Shown here: one piece after another, positions 17,131 to 26,041 of the stretch
Layout of the letters: each line of letters starts with the position of its first letter
How positions within the stretch are numbered: position 1 is the first letter of the stretch
DNA from: an uncultured Holophagaceae bacterium
GTDB lineage: Bacteria > Acidobacteriota > Holophagae > Holophagales > Holophagaceae
Reading direction: 5' to 3'
DNA: 64,000 nt
Assembly (NCBI GenBank): GCA_903863195.1
Contig: CAIPAY010000116.1
Location: 8,326 to 72,325, forward strand
Translations under genes and position numbers: made by a program
The notes under the pieces: generated by a model
What the model saw: the letters and a program-made list of their open reading frames with translations, nothing else
Databases searched by the model: none
What the model was told of the DNA's origin: nothing

Positions 17131-18984
17131 TCAATAGCGTTGGAAATTGCCTTGGGCGTGGTCCACCTCGCGGAAGGAGAGGCTGTGATCGCCCCCGGGT
17201 TCCGAAATAAAGGCAGGGGTCAGGATCCTCGTGACACTCGGGTGCCTCTTCTCGATGATCTGGACGATGTCGTCGCGATAGAGGATGGAGGCGACCAGGA
17301 TCGTGTCCACACCCATGGCCTCAAGACTGGAGGGCGGCGAGATGACGTGCCCAAGCAGAGCCTGCCCCTGCCGGCTGACGCTCTGATCGAAGAGAGGGAT
17401 GTCGCTCTCCCGGAGGGCGGGGGAGGCCTTCAGGAGGGCGTTGGCGATGTTGCCAGCACCCCAGATTCCCAGCCGAGTATTTTGCGCAACCAGAGCCTCG
17501 AACTGGGGTTCATACCGGCCCTGGAAAGTCGAGAAGGGTTCCAGGTCATGCCGCTGAAGGCAGTGGGGGCAAGTTATGAGATTGGCCCCGAAGACCCAGA
17601 CATCCAGGTGGAGGCTGGTTCGGCTGCAGCTCCGACAGGAGATCTCGGCCGTACAACACCCCCGGAGATCGGGTTGGAGCAGCCTGAAGGTGCTGGGTGT
17701 ATAGAGGTAGGTGTTGCGGTATGCGTCGATCTTCTCCCCCAGGGCCTTGAACTCGGCTTCACTCATCCGGGAGACATTGACCAGGGGGCATCCATCTTCC
17801 AGGAACTTCTGTTTGTCCTTGATGATGCCGCGGCTACAAGCCTCGCGGAAAAGGTGGGTGCCGGGATAGACATTGATAAAGAAGATGCTCAGCCGGTATT
17901 CCAGGTGCTCCTTCCACCAGTCCAAGGTGTTGTTCGCGGTCTCCAGGGTCTCTTCCAGGTCACCGAAGATCAGGTTGCCCTGGACCTCGATCTCGGCCTC
18001 GCGGGTCAGCTTTAGTGCCTGCTCGATCTGGGCCCGGGTCGTGTGCTTCCGCATGCTCTTCAGGATGCGGTCGTCAGCACTCTCAATGCCGAGACTCAGG
18101 TAGGTGCACCCGGCTTCCTTCAGCTCCGCCAGCAGCTCCCGCGTCACCAGATCCACCCGGAGCTGGATGTCCCAGGTGATGCCATAGGCCTTGATCCTCC
18201 GGCAGAACTCTGAGGTCCGTTCGTGGTTCTCTGAGAACAGCTCGTCCTGGATGTTGACGTGGTCCAGGTGATAGGTACGGACTAGGTGGTCGAGCTCCTT
18301 GAATACGGCATCCAGGGACCGCTGACGATACCTTCGGCCCGTGGGGTGATAGCAGAAGGTGCACTCATAGGGACAGGAGCGGCTGCCCGCCATGGACAAC
18401 CGACGACGTGCGCCATCCGGAAAAAGCATGTCGAGGTAGGTTCCCAGCTCCAGGCCTTGATAGTCCGGCCAGGGCAGGGCGTCGATATCAGGGTTCTCCC
18501 TCCGCTTGGCAGTCTCACGAAGCTCCCCATCCTGGCGGTAGATGAGCCCCGCGATCGCCCCGGGATCCAATCCCTCCTCCAGCGCTTGGGCCAACTCGCA
18601 CATGGAGACCTCTCCCTCGCCGATGATGCCGAATTCCGCCCCGGTCCCCTCCATGACCACGACGGGTTCGCTGCTCAGAAGTCCCCCGCCGAGCACGGTG
18701 CGGATGCCCGGTTGGATCGCCCGCGTGCAATCCAGGATCTGCTTGACCATGTTGTAGTGCGGGCTAAGGCCACCCGTGCAGACCACATCGACACCATCCT
18801 CAAGCTGTTCTTTGAGAAGGTCGCTGATGGCTCGGGCGCTGTGGTTCAGGTTGAGGGTCCGCACCTCGAAACCCGCCCGCTTCATGGCGGCGGAGACATA
18901 GGCAATGCCAAGGGGGAACGTGTAGAAGTCCCCAAAATTAGGAGAGAACCGGGGCACCACGAACAGAAAACGCATGAATGTCAC
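17131..18984 (-). CDS. Cobalamin-binding (class B) radical-SAM enzyme with a C-terminal Zn-ribbon and C-methyltransferase-C-terminal-like domain
   Basis: N-terminal B12-binding-like Rossmann region (FLFVVPRF...PLGIAYVSAAMKRAGFEV). Radical-SAM cluster motif CPYECTFC. C-terminal CRSCSRT...CPHC, then RLGIWGAGNIANALL...DQSVSRQGQALLGHVI...VDTILVASILYRDDIVQ. GTG 18984 overlaps the gmhB stop (GTGA); an alternative ATG lies at 18975. Confidence 0.8.
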   Translation of the reverse strand: MTFMRFLFVVPRFSPNFGDFYTFPLGIAYVSAAMKRAGFEVRTLNLNHSARAISDLLKEQLEDGVDVVCTGGLSPHYNMVKQILDCTRAIQPGIRTVLGGGLLSSEPVVVMEGTGAEFGIIGEGEVSMCELAQALEEGLDPGAIAGLIYRQDGELRETAKRRENPDIDALPWPDYQGLELGTYLDMLFPDGARRRLSMAGSRSCPYECTFCYHPTGRRYRQRSLDAVFKELDHLVRTYHLDHVNIQDELFSENHERTSEFCRRIKAYGITWDIQLRVDLVTRELLAELKEAGCTYLSLGIESADDRILKSMRKHTTRAQIEQALKLTREAEIEVQGNLIFGDLEETLETANNTLDWWKEHLEYRLSIFFINVYPGTHLFREACSRGIIKDKQKFLEDGCPLVNVSRMSEAEFKALGEKIDAYRNTYLYTPSTFRLLQPDLRGCCTAEISCRSCSRTSLHLDVWVFGANLITCPHCLQRHDLEPFSTFQGRYEPQFEALVAQNTRLGIWGAGNIANALLKASPALRESDIPLFDQSVSRQGQALLGHVISPPSSLEAMGVDTILVASILYRDDIVQIIEKRHPSVTRILTPAFISEPGGDHSLSFREVDHAQGNFQRY

Positions 18985-19637
18985 CTCTTGGCTTCCATAA
19001 CCGGGGAATCGGTGGTGGAGGGTGCGCGGGCGAGTATCCAGCGCGCCGCTTCCAGAAGACTTCCACAGGTGTGGTCGGCGGAGGGCCTTTCAAGCAGCGA
19101 CTCAGAGGTCTGGATCAGGGGTGCGTAATGCTGCCCGGTCTGGACCCACACCGTCTTGCACCCTGCGCGCTGGCCCGCCAGGAGGTCCGTGGGTCGGTCC
19201 CCCACCAGGTAGCTCCGGGAGAGCTCGAGACCCAGCTCTTCCGCAGCGCGAAGCATGAGTCCCGGCCTGGGCTTGCGGCAGTCACAGTCCCTCCGGTAGG
19301 CCTCCAGGTCGGCCTTCGGATGATGGGGACAGTAGTAGAACCCATCGAGGAGAGGGGCGCCAGCAGCACTCAGCCTGCCCTCAATGTGGTCCTGGAGTAC
19401 CTCGACCCCAGACTCATCCAGGTGTCCCCGGGCGACGACGGCCTGGTTGCTGACCACGACCAGATCGTAGCCGGCGGTCTTCAGCAGCGCCAGGGCCTCG
19501 GGCACACCTGGGAGCAGGCGGATCTCCTCCTCGCGCCTCAGCAGGCCCACGTCTTCCACCAGCACGCCGTCCCTGTCCAGAAACACGGCGGGGCGCAGCA
19601 ACGGCAGAGTTTCTGAGGGCTTCCGAACTTGGCGCAT
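18981..19637 (-). CDS. gmhB: D-glycero-D-manno-heptose 1,7-bisphosphate phosphatase-like HAD-IIIA phosphatase
   Basis: AVFLDRDGVLV (DxDxV motif I), VVVSNQ (motif II), YYCPHHP...CDCRKPRPGL (GmhB Zn-loop and CRKP signature), and VGDRPTDLLAG (motif IV). Confidence 0.85.
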   Translation of the reverse strand: MRQVRKPSETLPLLRPAVFLDRDGVLVEDVGLLRREEEIRLLPGVPEALALLKTAGYDLVVVSNQAVVARGHLDESGVEVLQDHIEGRLSAAGAPLLDGFYYCPHHPKADLEAYRRDCDCRKPRPGLMLRAAEELGLELSRSYLVGDRPTDLLAGQRAGCKTVWVQTGQHYAPLIQTSESLLERPSADHTCGSLLEAARWILARAPSTTDSPVMEAKR

Positions 19638-19697
19638 GGGTCCTTGTCGGCAGGAAAGGAGTCCTGGGGAAGTATTAATGGGACGATGGCGCCCGCT

Positions 19698-20741
19698 TCA
19701 GACGAAGGGAAGGTGGTCGGGATCTGTGCACAGGAACTCAAGAATTGCCTCGTTCGACGCATGGGCCACGCAGTGGTGGTTGCAGTGCTGGGCCGGATCG
19801 ATCTTAAAGAAGGCCTCCTTCTCGTTCAGCCAGGCCTCCCGGAAGCGCTGCTCCTTGATGGAGAAGAGCAGCCCGCGCGGGTTGTAGGCCTTGTCCTGGC
19901 AGGAATACACGCTCAGATCCGCGCCGATGACAGGACGGATCTGGAGGAGGGGACACCAGTGGTAGCCCTTTTCAAAGGAGTGAAGCTGGGCGTGGTAGGC
20001 GTTCGAAAACTCGGTCCTGCCTTGCGTGTAGCCATGCACCAGAGCAATCTGTTCCCGCACGAGGGGCTCGATCCCGGCGTGGTAGCGGTTGGTGGTCTCC
20101 GCATCATTGCTCACGATCACGGGACTGAGCTTGATGCTGTCCACCCCGATGTCGGTCAGGAGCCGGACCAGCTCCGCAAGGTGGGCCGCGTTCTCCCTGT
20201 CCACCACCACGACGGCGCTGAGCGCACAGGGACCGCCCAGCTTCTGGAAGGCCTCCATGTTGGCAATGACCTTGCCGAACTCAGTCTCCTTCACGCGGCG
20301 GGCCTTGGCATAGCTGGGGCCATCCCAGCTGTCGATGCTCACCCTCACCCAGGTGCCATTGCGCGAGAAGGCTTCGGCGATGCGTCCCGCGAGGCGCGCA
20401 CCATTGGTGAGCGTGGCGAAGCGGATGCCGTGCTCCGCGAGCCGCTCCACGGTCTGCAGAAGGTAGGGATAGACGAGGGGCTCACCGCCGCCACTGAAGG
20501 TGACGGCCTCGACCTTCATCTCGACGAGGTCGTCCACGATCTCCATCATCTTGTCGAAGGGGATCTGGTCCCGCTCCACCATGGTCTCGCCGAGCTGGAA
20601 ATCCTCCTGGCGGTAGGCACAGAACCAGCAGTCGTGGTTGCATATGTTCGTGGGCTTTATCCGGACGTGAATGGGCGGCAGGAGCTCCCCCCGCTCACGA
20701 GGGAGGGAGCGCAGCTTCTCTGGAAAGTGGAAGATCTTCAT
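19698..20741 (-). CDS. Radical-SAM enzyme (non-B12) of unknown reaction
   Basis: IKPTNICNHDCWFCAY (CxxxCxxC) followed by a GGGEPL SAM-binding motif. The track ORF begins at TTG 20807, and in-frame ATGs lie at 20789 and 20741 (MKIFHFPEKL). The start is uncertain. Confidence 0.75.
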   Translation of the reverse strand: MKIFHFPEKLRSLPRERGELLPPIHVRIKPTNICNHDCWFCAYRQEDFQLGETMVERDQIPFDKMMEIVDDLVEMKVEAVTFSGGGEPLVYPYLLQTVERLAEHGIRFATLTNGARLAGRIAEAFSRNGTWVRVSIDSWDGPSYAKARRVKETEFGKVIANMEAFQKLGGPCALSAVVVVDRENAAHLAELVRLLTDIGVDSIKLSPVIVSNDAETTNRYHAGIEPLVREQIALVHGYTQGRTEFSNAYHAQLHSFEKGYHWCPLLQIRPVIGADLSVYSCQDKAYNPRGLLFSIKEQRFREAWLNEKEAFFKIDPAQHCNHHCVAHASNEAILEFLCTDPDHLPFV

Positions 20742-20766
20742 GCCCGAGTTGACGATGCCCTTGGGC

Positions 20767-21423
20767 CTATTCGAAGTAGATGAATTCATAGTCGCCGCCG
20801 TAGCCAAGGTCCTTGAGTAGCCAGATCCATTCCTCTTCGTCGAAGAAGCTCTCCGCAGTGAGAGCCCAGCACTGGAGGTTGAACAATTCCTGGAGGTTTC
20901 GGTAGCTCTCCACCATCAGGTACTGGCGCGGAGCGAGGCGGACCATCTCCTGCACAGCGGTCTTCACCTCAGAGAGGCGCAGGTTGTGCAGGGTCCCCAG
21001 GCTGATCACGAGATCAAAGCTGCCATCGGAGAATGGCAGCGGCGTGCGCAGGTCGTGTTCGAAGAGGAAGGGCCGGATGGCTTCCGGCGCAGTGGCTAGC
21101 CCGTGGCGCGAGATGTCGCAGCCTTGCAGCGTAGCTTCCGGCAGGAGCTGCTGGAGCTCATAGAGCAGATGCGCCTTGCCACAGCCCAGGTCGAGAATCC
21201 GAGAGCCGGGGCCCAAACCATAGAGTTCGATGAGACGCTGGGCCACGGGCCGCCAGCGGCCATCGTAGCGATAGCCGCCATAGCCATAACGGCGATCCCC
21301 ATCCCAGTAGTCGAACCCATACTGCCGGGCCACACCCATGGCCTCGACCTTGTGGTCCACCATGCGCGGCAGGCAGTCTCTGGTGGTGCGCTGGTGGAGG
21401 GGCGTGACGAGTCTCTGGAGCAT
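20767..21423 (-). CDS. Class I SAM-dependent methyltransferase
   Basis: SAM motif I RILDLGCGKAHLLYEL, an acidic residue after beta-2 (QGCDIS) and motif II FDLVISLGTLHNL. Confidence 0.8.
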   Translation of the reverse strand: MLQRLVTPLHQRTTRDCLPRMVDHKVEAMGVARQYGFDYWDGDRRYGYGGYRYDGRWRPVAQRLIELYGLGPGSRILDLGCGKAHLLYELQQLLPEATLQGCDISRHGLATAPEAIRPFLFEHDLRTPLPFSDGSFDLVISLGTLHNLRLSEVKTAVQEMVRLAPRQYLMVESYRNLQELFNLQCWALTAESFFDEEEWIWLLKDLGYGGDYEFIYFE

Positions 21424-21431
21424 GGCGGACC

Positions 21432-22352
21432 TCAGACCAGCAGCCGCTGGACGGTGGCCACGGCGGCTTCAACATGGAGACCGCAGGCCGTCATGAGACT
21501 GGCTTGGGAGCCATATCCCTCGGCGAAGGCATCGGGCAGCCCCAGACGTGCGAAGCGCTTGGGCACGGGAAAGGATTCCTCGGCCAGTACCTCTGCCACC
21601 AGGCTGCCCAGGCCTCCCGTGCGGTGGTGCTCCTCCAGGGTCAGCACGGCCCTCATTGGGGCCAAGTGAGCCTTCAGGGCCTCCAGGTCCAGGGGCTTTA
21701 GGGTGGGCAGGTGCAGCACTCCGGGCTCGTGACCGCTGGCGGCGAGCAAGTCTGCGGTCTTCAGGGCGAGGCTCGCCGCCGTGCCCGTGGTGATGAGCAG
21801 GATGTTCCGCCCCGACCGGAGCACCACCGGGGCGCCCAGGACAAACGGCTCGTCGGGCGTGACCACCGGATCTCCGCCCTTGCCCAGCCGGATGTAGAGG
21901 GGGCCGTCATAGTCCACGGTGGTCGGCATCAGCCGCTTCATCTCCGTGGCGTCCGCCGGAGCCAGAATCCCCATGCCAGGCAGGGGTCGCAGGATGGCGA
22001 TGTCCTCGGTGGCCTGGTGGGTCGGGCCCAGGGGCGCATAGACGAGGCCGCCCCCACTCCCGATCAGGCGGACCTTCGCCTTGTGCAGGCAAAGATCCAG
22101 GGCCAGCTGTTCGTAGCATCGCCGGGTGAGGAAGGTGGCAATGGTGTTGAGATAGACGACCCTTCCCTCCAGCGCCAGACCAGCGGCCATGCCAACCAGG
22201 GCTTGCTCGCTGATCCCCTCCATGAGGAACTGCTCGGGCAGTTCCTCCCGGAAAGCCTGGAGCGTCCCGGCCCCGAGGTCAGACCCGAGGAAGAGGATGC
22301 GGGGGTCCTTGCGGGCCAGCTCATGCACCTGGTTCAGACACGTGTTCCGCAT
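21432..22352 (-). CDS. Transketolase, C-terminal (pyrimidine-binding) subunit
   Basis: LMEGISEQALVGMAAGLALEGR...; ~306 aa, immediately downstream of the N-terminal subunit gene. Confidence 0.85.
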   Translation of the reverse strand: MRNTCLNQVHELARKDPRILFLGSDLGAGTLQAFREELPEQFLMEGISEQALVGMAAGLALEGRVVYLNTIATFLTRRCYEQLALDLCLHKAKVRLIGSGGGLVYAPLGPTHQATEDIAILRPLPGMGILAPADATEMKRLMPTTVDYDGPLYIRLGKGGDPVVTPDEPFVLGAPVVLRSGRNILLITTGTAASLALKTADLLAASGHEPGVLHLPTLKPLDLEALKAHLAPMRAVLTLEEHHRTGGLGSLVAEVLAEESFPVPKRFARLGLPDAFAEGYGSQASLMTACGLHVEAAVATVQRLLV

Positions 22353-22362
22353 GCGAGCCCCT

Positions 22363-23178
22363 TCAGCCCTTCAGGGCCGCGAACAGTTGATCGACTGTGG
22401 CGGAATTGAGGGCACTCTTGTGGTGCCAGGCCAGATCCCCTTCCAGGAAATCGATCCCCTTGCCCTTGACCGTATGGCAGATGACCGCAGAGGGACGTCC
22501 CGCCGCCAAGGGGAGAGTCTGGAACGTCTGCCGGAGGGCCCGGACGTCATGCCCATCCACCTCTGCCACAGCGAAACCGAAGGCCCGCCACTTGTCCGAG
22601 AAGGGCTCGAGCGGGAGGACCTCTGAAGTCCCGGCATAGGACTGCTGTTTGTTGTAGTCGACGATCACCACCAGCGAGTCGAGGCGGTGCTTGGCCGCGA
22701 TCATGGCCGCCTCCCAGGTCGACCCTTCATCACACTCGCCGTCCCCCAGGATGACAAAGGTGCGATAGTCGGCGTGGCTGAGACGCCCTGCCAGCGCATA
22801 CCCCAAGCCGATGGGCAATCCGTGCCCAAGACTGCCCGTGCTGGCCTCTACGCCAGGGACCTTGCCGCGCTCCGGGTGCCCGCCCAGCAGGGAGCCAGGA
22901 CGGCAGAAGGTGGAGAGCACCTCTTCGGGGAAGAACCCCTTGTCCTGCAGGAGGGCGTAGAGCGCCAGGCAGCCATGTCCCTTGCTGAGGACGCAGCGAT
23001 CCCGGAGGGGCCAGTCCGGGCGGACAGGATCCAGGCGGAGCACCTCGTCATAGAGCACCCGGAGGATCTCCACCAGCGAGAGAGCCGAAGGCAGATGTCC
23101 GCGCCCCCCCGCGATCATGGTCTCCACGACCTTTCGCCGAAGTGCGAGGGAACGGGCATCGAGCATGGTTCGATCCAT
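22363..23178 (-). CDS. Transketolase, N-terminal (TPP-binding) subunit
   Basis: GHLPSALSLVEILRVLY...GSLGHGLPIGLG...ILGDGECDEGSTWEAAM (the GDG-x-EG TPP motif). Confidence 0.85.
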   Translation of the reverse strand: MDRTMLDARSLALRRKVVETMIAGGRGHLPSALSLVEILRVLYDEVLRLDPVRPDWPLRDRCVLSKGHGCLALYALLQDKGFFPEEVLSTFCRPGSLLGGHPERGKVPGVEASTGSLGHGLPIGLGYALAGRLSHADYRTFVILGDGECDEGSTWEAAMIAAKHRLDSLVVIVDYNKQQSYAGTSEVLPLEPFSDKWRAFGFAVAEVDGHDVRALRQTFQTLPLAAGRPSAVICHTVKGKGIDFLEGDLAWHHKSALNSATVDQLFAALKG

Positions 23179-23201
23179 CCTTGGGCGGGGGTCAGGGCGG
23201 T

Positions 23202-24263
23202 TCAGGGGGCGGGAGGCCAGGGATCAGCCTGGGGGTGATGCTGAAGATGGTTCAGCAATTCCCGGGCCATGGCCAGCTTCCGGGCGAGGAGCTCCCTCCT
23301 AGCCGTGACGCCCTCCGCCCCCAAGGCAAACTGCCTGCGGGCCAGGCCGGCGGGGGTGAACTCATTTAGGATGATCAGGCACCAGGAGAGGCCGAACAGC
23401 GGACTGAGGAGGTCCAACCTAGCCTCGAGCACCTGGTGCCCCGGGAAGGCCTCGAGGGCGAGGGTGCGAAAGAGGGCCTTCAAGCCCTCCTGAAGCTTGG
23501 GGCGCGGGTGCAGGATGAAGTCCGCGATGATCTTGACGGGATCCTCCCTCCCGAAGTATTCGAAATCAAAGAAGGCGACGGTCCCCTCGGGCTGTCGGAT
23601 GGCGTTGTGAAAGGCGAAATCGGAGGGACCGAAGGTTTGGCTCCCAACTTCGAGGATTCCAGTGGGTCCAAAGGCCCCCGCAGCCTGCCGGGCAAAGGCG
23701 CCCAGGGCCGGCTCGAACTGGCGATCCAGGAAGACCTGTAGCTGCAGGTATTCGGGTGCCAGGCTCGGCTCGGGCGGGCGGTCACCGAGGAGGTTCCGGC
23801 GCAAGGCCAGGTTGCTGAGCAGGTCCTCCAGGGTGAAACGGGCGAAGGACGCGGGAGCGTGCGCTCCGAGATCCACGCGTCGCGCCAGCTCCTGAAGCGC
23901 CTGCAGGAAGGCCACCGCCTGACGCACGTCTGAGTCGCGAGCGCCCTCCGCGAGAGGCACCCCTTCCAGGAAGGAGTAGAGGGCCGTTCCCAGCCGCCGA
24001 TCCATGGCCACAGGCTCCGGAACACAGGTGATGCCGCCGGCCCGGAGAACCTGGAAGGCTGCGAACTCGGTCCCCTGGCGGTCTCGAGGATCGCCCTCAT
24101 GCCGGTGGTAGTGCTTGAGCGCCAGCGGCTTCCCGGAGGTCTCAACCCGATAGACCCGGCTGTTGCCGCTGCCGCCGATGGGGAGCACCCCCTCCGCAGG
24201 GATCGCCTCCCCGCAGATGGTGCTGGCCCAGGTAGCCAGACCGGCAGTTCCAGGGTCCTTCAT
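23202..24263 (-). CDS. Aminoglycoside/choline-kinase-type phosphotransferase (APH family)
   Basis: From ATG 24263 (MKDPGTAGLATW...): GNSRVYRVE...LALKHY (ATP-lysine region), DFAFHNAI and FFDFEYFG (catalytic and Mg loops). ATG 24263 overlaps the upstream stop (ATGA). The 408-aa track ORF is an upstream extension. Confidence 0.7.
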   Translation of the reverse strand: MKDPGTAGLATWASTICGEAIPAEGVLPIGGSGNSRVYRVETSGKPLALKHYHRHEGDPRDRQGTEFAAFQVLRAGGITCVPEPVAMDRRLGTALYSFLEGVPLAEGARDSDVRQAVAFLQALQELARRVDLGAHAPASFARFTLEDLLSNLALRRNLLGDRPPEPSLAPEYLQLQVFLDRQFEPALGAFARQAAGAFGPTGILEVGSQTFGPSDFAFHNAIRQPEGTVAFFDFEYFGREDPVKIIADFILHPRPKLQEGLKALFRTLALEAFPGHQVLEARLDLLSPLFGLSWCLIILNEFTPAGLARRQFALGAEGVTARRELLARKLAMARELLNHLQHHPQADPWPPAP

Positions 24264-24880
24264 GCCAGACCCAGGACTAGGTCCGCAACTTCCACCCAGC
24301 TCCGGACGTGGCGCCCCGAGAAGTCCGCGGGGCAGGCCCCGAGGGGCTGGTAGAGGATCTGCGCCACCGAAGGGGGGAAACCCTCTTCCAGGAACACCTC
24401 CAGGAGGTCGTCGACAAAGGCCGTGCAACCCCGCGCGGCGATCCGGCGCACTTTTCCCTTGCGGGTGGGTTCGAAATCCACAGAGGCAAGTGGCCCACCC
24501 GCCTCCCAGGTCAGGTGCCGAGCATCAAGAAAGCTTCGCGCTGAGGCATGCAGATCGACCTGGCGGCCCTGAAGAGGGGCCGTCCTGGTCTTATGGCTTA
24601 CCACACAGAGGGTGATGCCCCGCTGCGCGAGCCTGTCGAGGCTCTCGGCCGCCTGGGGCGCCAGCTCGGCCTCAGCCATCCCCGGTCCGTAGGCTAGCGC
24701 CTGCAGCTCCCGCCATTGGCCCTCGCCCCCAGGCTGGGTCCGTAGGTAGTCCCGAATGGCCAGCTTGCCCCGGCTCGCAACCAGATTCGGAACCCAGGCC
24801 CGTGCGACGGACAGGCGCTCGAACAGGCGGTCGTAGACCACGAGGGTGTTGTCGAGATCCAGGCCTAAGGTGACTGGCAT
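24260..24880 (-). CDS. HAD-superfamily hydrolase (probable phosphatase)
   Basis: MPVTLGLDLDNTLV (DxDxT motif I), CVVSHKT (motif II) and AFVDDLLEV (motif IV-like). The track start at 24913 is TTG, so ATG 24880 is preferred. Confidence 0.65.
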   Translation of the reverse strand: MPVTLGLDLDNTLVVYDRLFERLSVARAWVPNLVASRGKLAIRDYLRTQPGGEGQWRELQALAYGPGMAEAELAPQAAESLDRLAQRGITLCVVSHKTRTAPLQGRQVDLHASARSFLDARHLTWEAGGPLASVDFEPTRKGKVRRIAARGCTAFVDDLLEVFLEEGFPPSVAQILYQPLGACPADFSGRHVRSWVEVADLVLGLA

Positions 24881-24934
24881 GGCGTCACCATAGCACAGGG
24901 ATTTGGCTCCCAAGATCCGGCTGAGGCCCGCCCT

Positions 24935-26035
24935 TCAGGCCCCAAGGAAACCTGCGATCTGGGCAGCCACGTGCTCCACCTGAAAGGAGCTGAGGAACTG
25001 GTGAATGGGCAGAGAGAGGATGCGTTCGGCCTGGGCTTCACACCTGGGAAAGCTTCCCTTGGCGTGGCCCAGGGCCTGGGCTGCGGGCTGCAGGTGGATC
25101 GGGACAGGATAGTGGATGGCGGTCTCGATACCCTGCTCGAGCAGGTAGGCCTTGAGCCGGTCGCGGACTTCGACCTGGATCACGAACAGGTGGAAGGAGC
25201 TTTCAGCACCTGGCATCGGAGGGGGCCGGAAGGCCGCGGACGGGAGGAGTCGCTCGTAGCTTGCGGCATTTCGGCGGCGACGCTCGAGGACCGAGGGCAG
25301 ATGACGCAAGCGCAGGCGCAGGATCTCCGCCTGGAGCGTGTCGAGGCGGGACACCGTCCCCCAGGAGGCCACCGTATTGCGGTCCTGCATGCCATGGGAA
25401 CGAGCCAACCGCACCCGGGCCGCCAGCGCGGCATCGCCCGTGACCAGGAAGCCGGCGTCCCCGGCGGCATTCAGGTTCTTGAGTGGATGGGCTGAGAAGC
25501 AGCCGATGTCACCGAAGGTTCCGGCCATGCGGCCGTCAAGCCGCGTGCCAATGGCCTGTGCCGCGTCCTCGATGACCGCCAGACCGTGCTGCTGGGCCAG
25601 AGCCAGGATCGCCGGCAGGTCCACCGGGTGCCCGGCGAGGTGAACCGGCATGATCGCCCGGGTCCTCGGCGTGATGGCCGCGGCGATGGCAGCGGGATCG
25701 ATGTTCTGATCCTCCCGAACATCCGCGAAGACAGGGGTGGCGCCCACGGCCACGATGGCGGCCGTGGAGGCCACGAAGGAGTTCGGCGGGGTGATGACCT
25801 CATCCCCGGGGCCAATGTCCAGGGCCCTCAGGCCCAGGATTAGGGCATCGGTGCCCGAGTTCAGGGCCACGACATGGGCCGCGCCGAGGTAGGCGGACAG
25901 CTCCTGTTCGAGCGCTTCGATGGCCGCACCGCCGACGAAATCTCCACGAGAGAAGACGCCCTCCAGGAGCAGCATCAGCTCCTCTCGTTCCTCTGCGAAC
26001 TGGGCTGGGAAATCCACGTAGGGGACACGGAGCAT
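24935..26035 (-). CDS. DegT/DnrJ/EryC1/StrS-family PLP sugar aminotransferase (copy 1)
   Basis: ALNSGTDALILGLRALDIGPGDEVITPPNSFVAST...; catalytic Lys context FSAHPLKNLNAAGDAG. Confidence 0.85.
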   Translation of the reverse strand: MLRVPYVDFPAQFAEEREELMLLLEGVFSRGDFVGGAAIEALEQELSAYLGAAHVVALNSGTDALILGLRALDIGPGDEVITPPNSFVASTAAIVAVGATPVFADVREDQNIDPAAIAAAITPRTRAIMPVHLAGHPVDLPAILALAQQHGLAVIEDAAQAIGTRLDGRMAGTFGDIGCFSAHPLKNLNAAGDAGFLVTGDAALAARVRLARSHGMQDRNTVASWGTVSRLDTLQAEILRLRLRHLPSVLERRRRNAASYERLLPSAAFRPPPMPGAESSFHLFVIQVEVRDRLKAYLLEQGIETAIHYPVPIHLQPAAQALGHAKGSFPRCEAQAERILSLPIHQFLSSFQVEHVAAQIAGFLGA

Positions 26036-26041
26036 GACGGT

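Noticed and set aside
23104-23110. C7 tract inside the transketolase N-subunit gene, and other 6-7-nt G/C runs (for example 13401-13406) as phase-variation sites.
   Set aside because: Runs of this length are expected frequently by chance at this base composition, and they sit at no special position.
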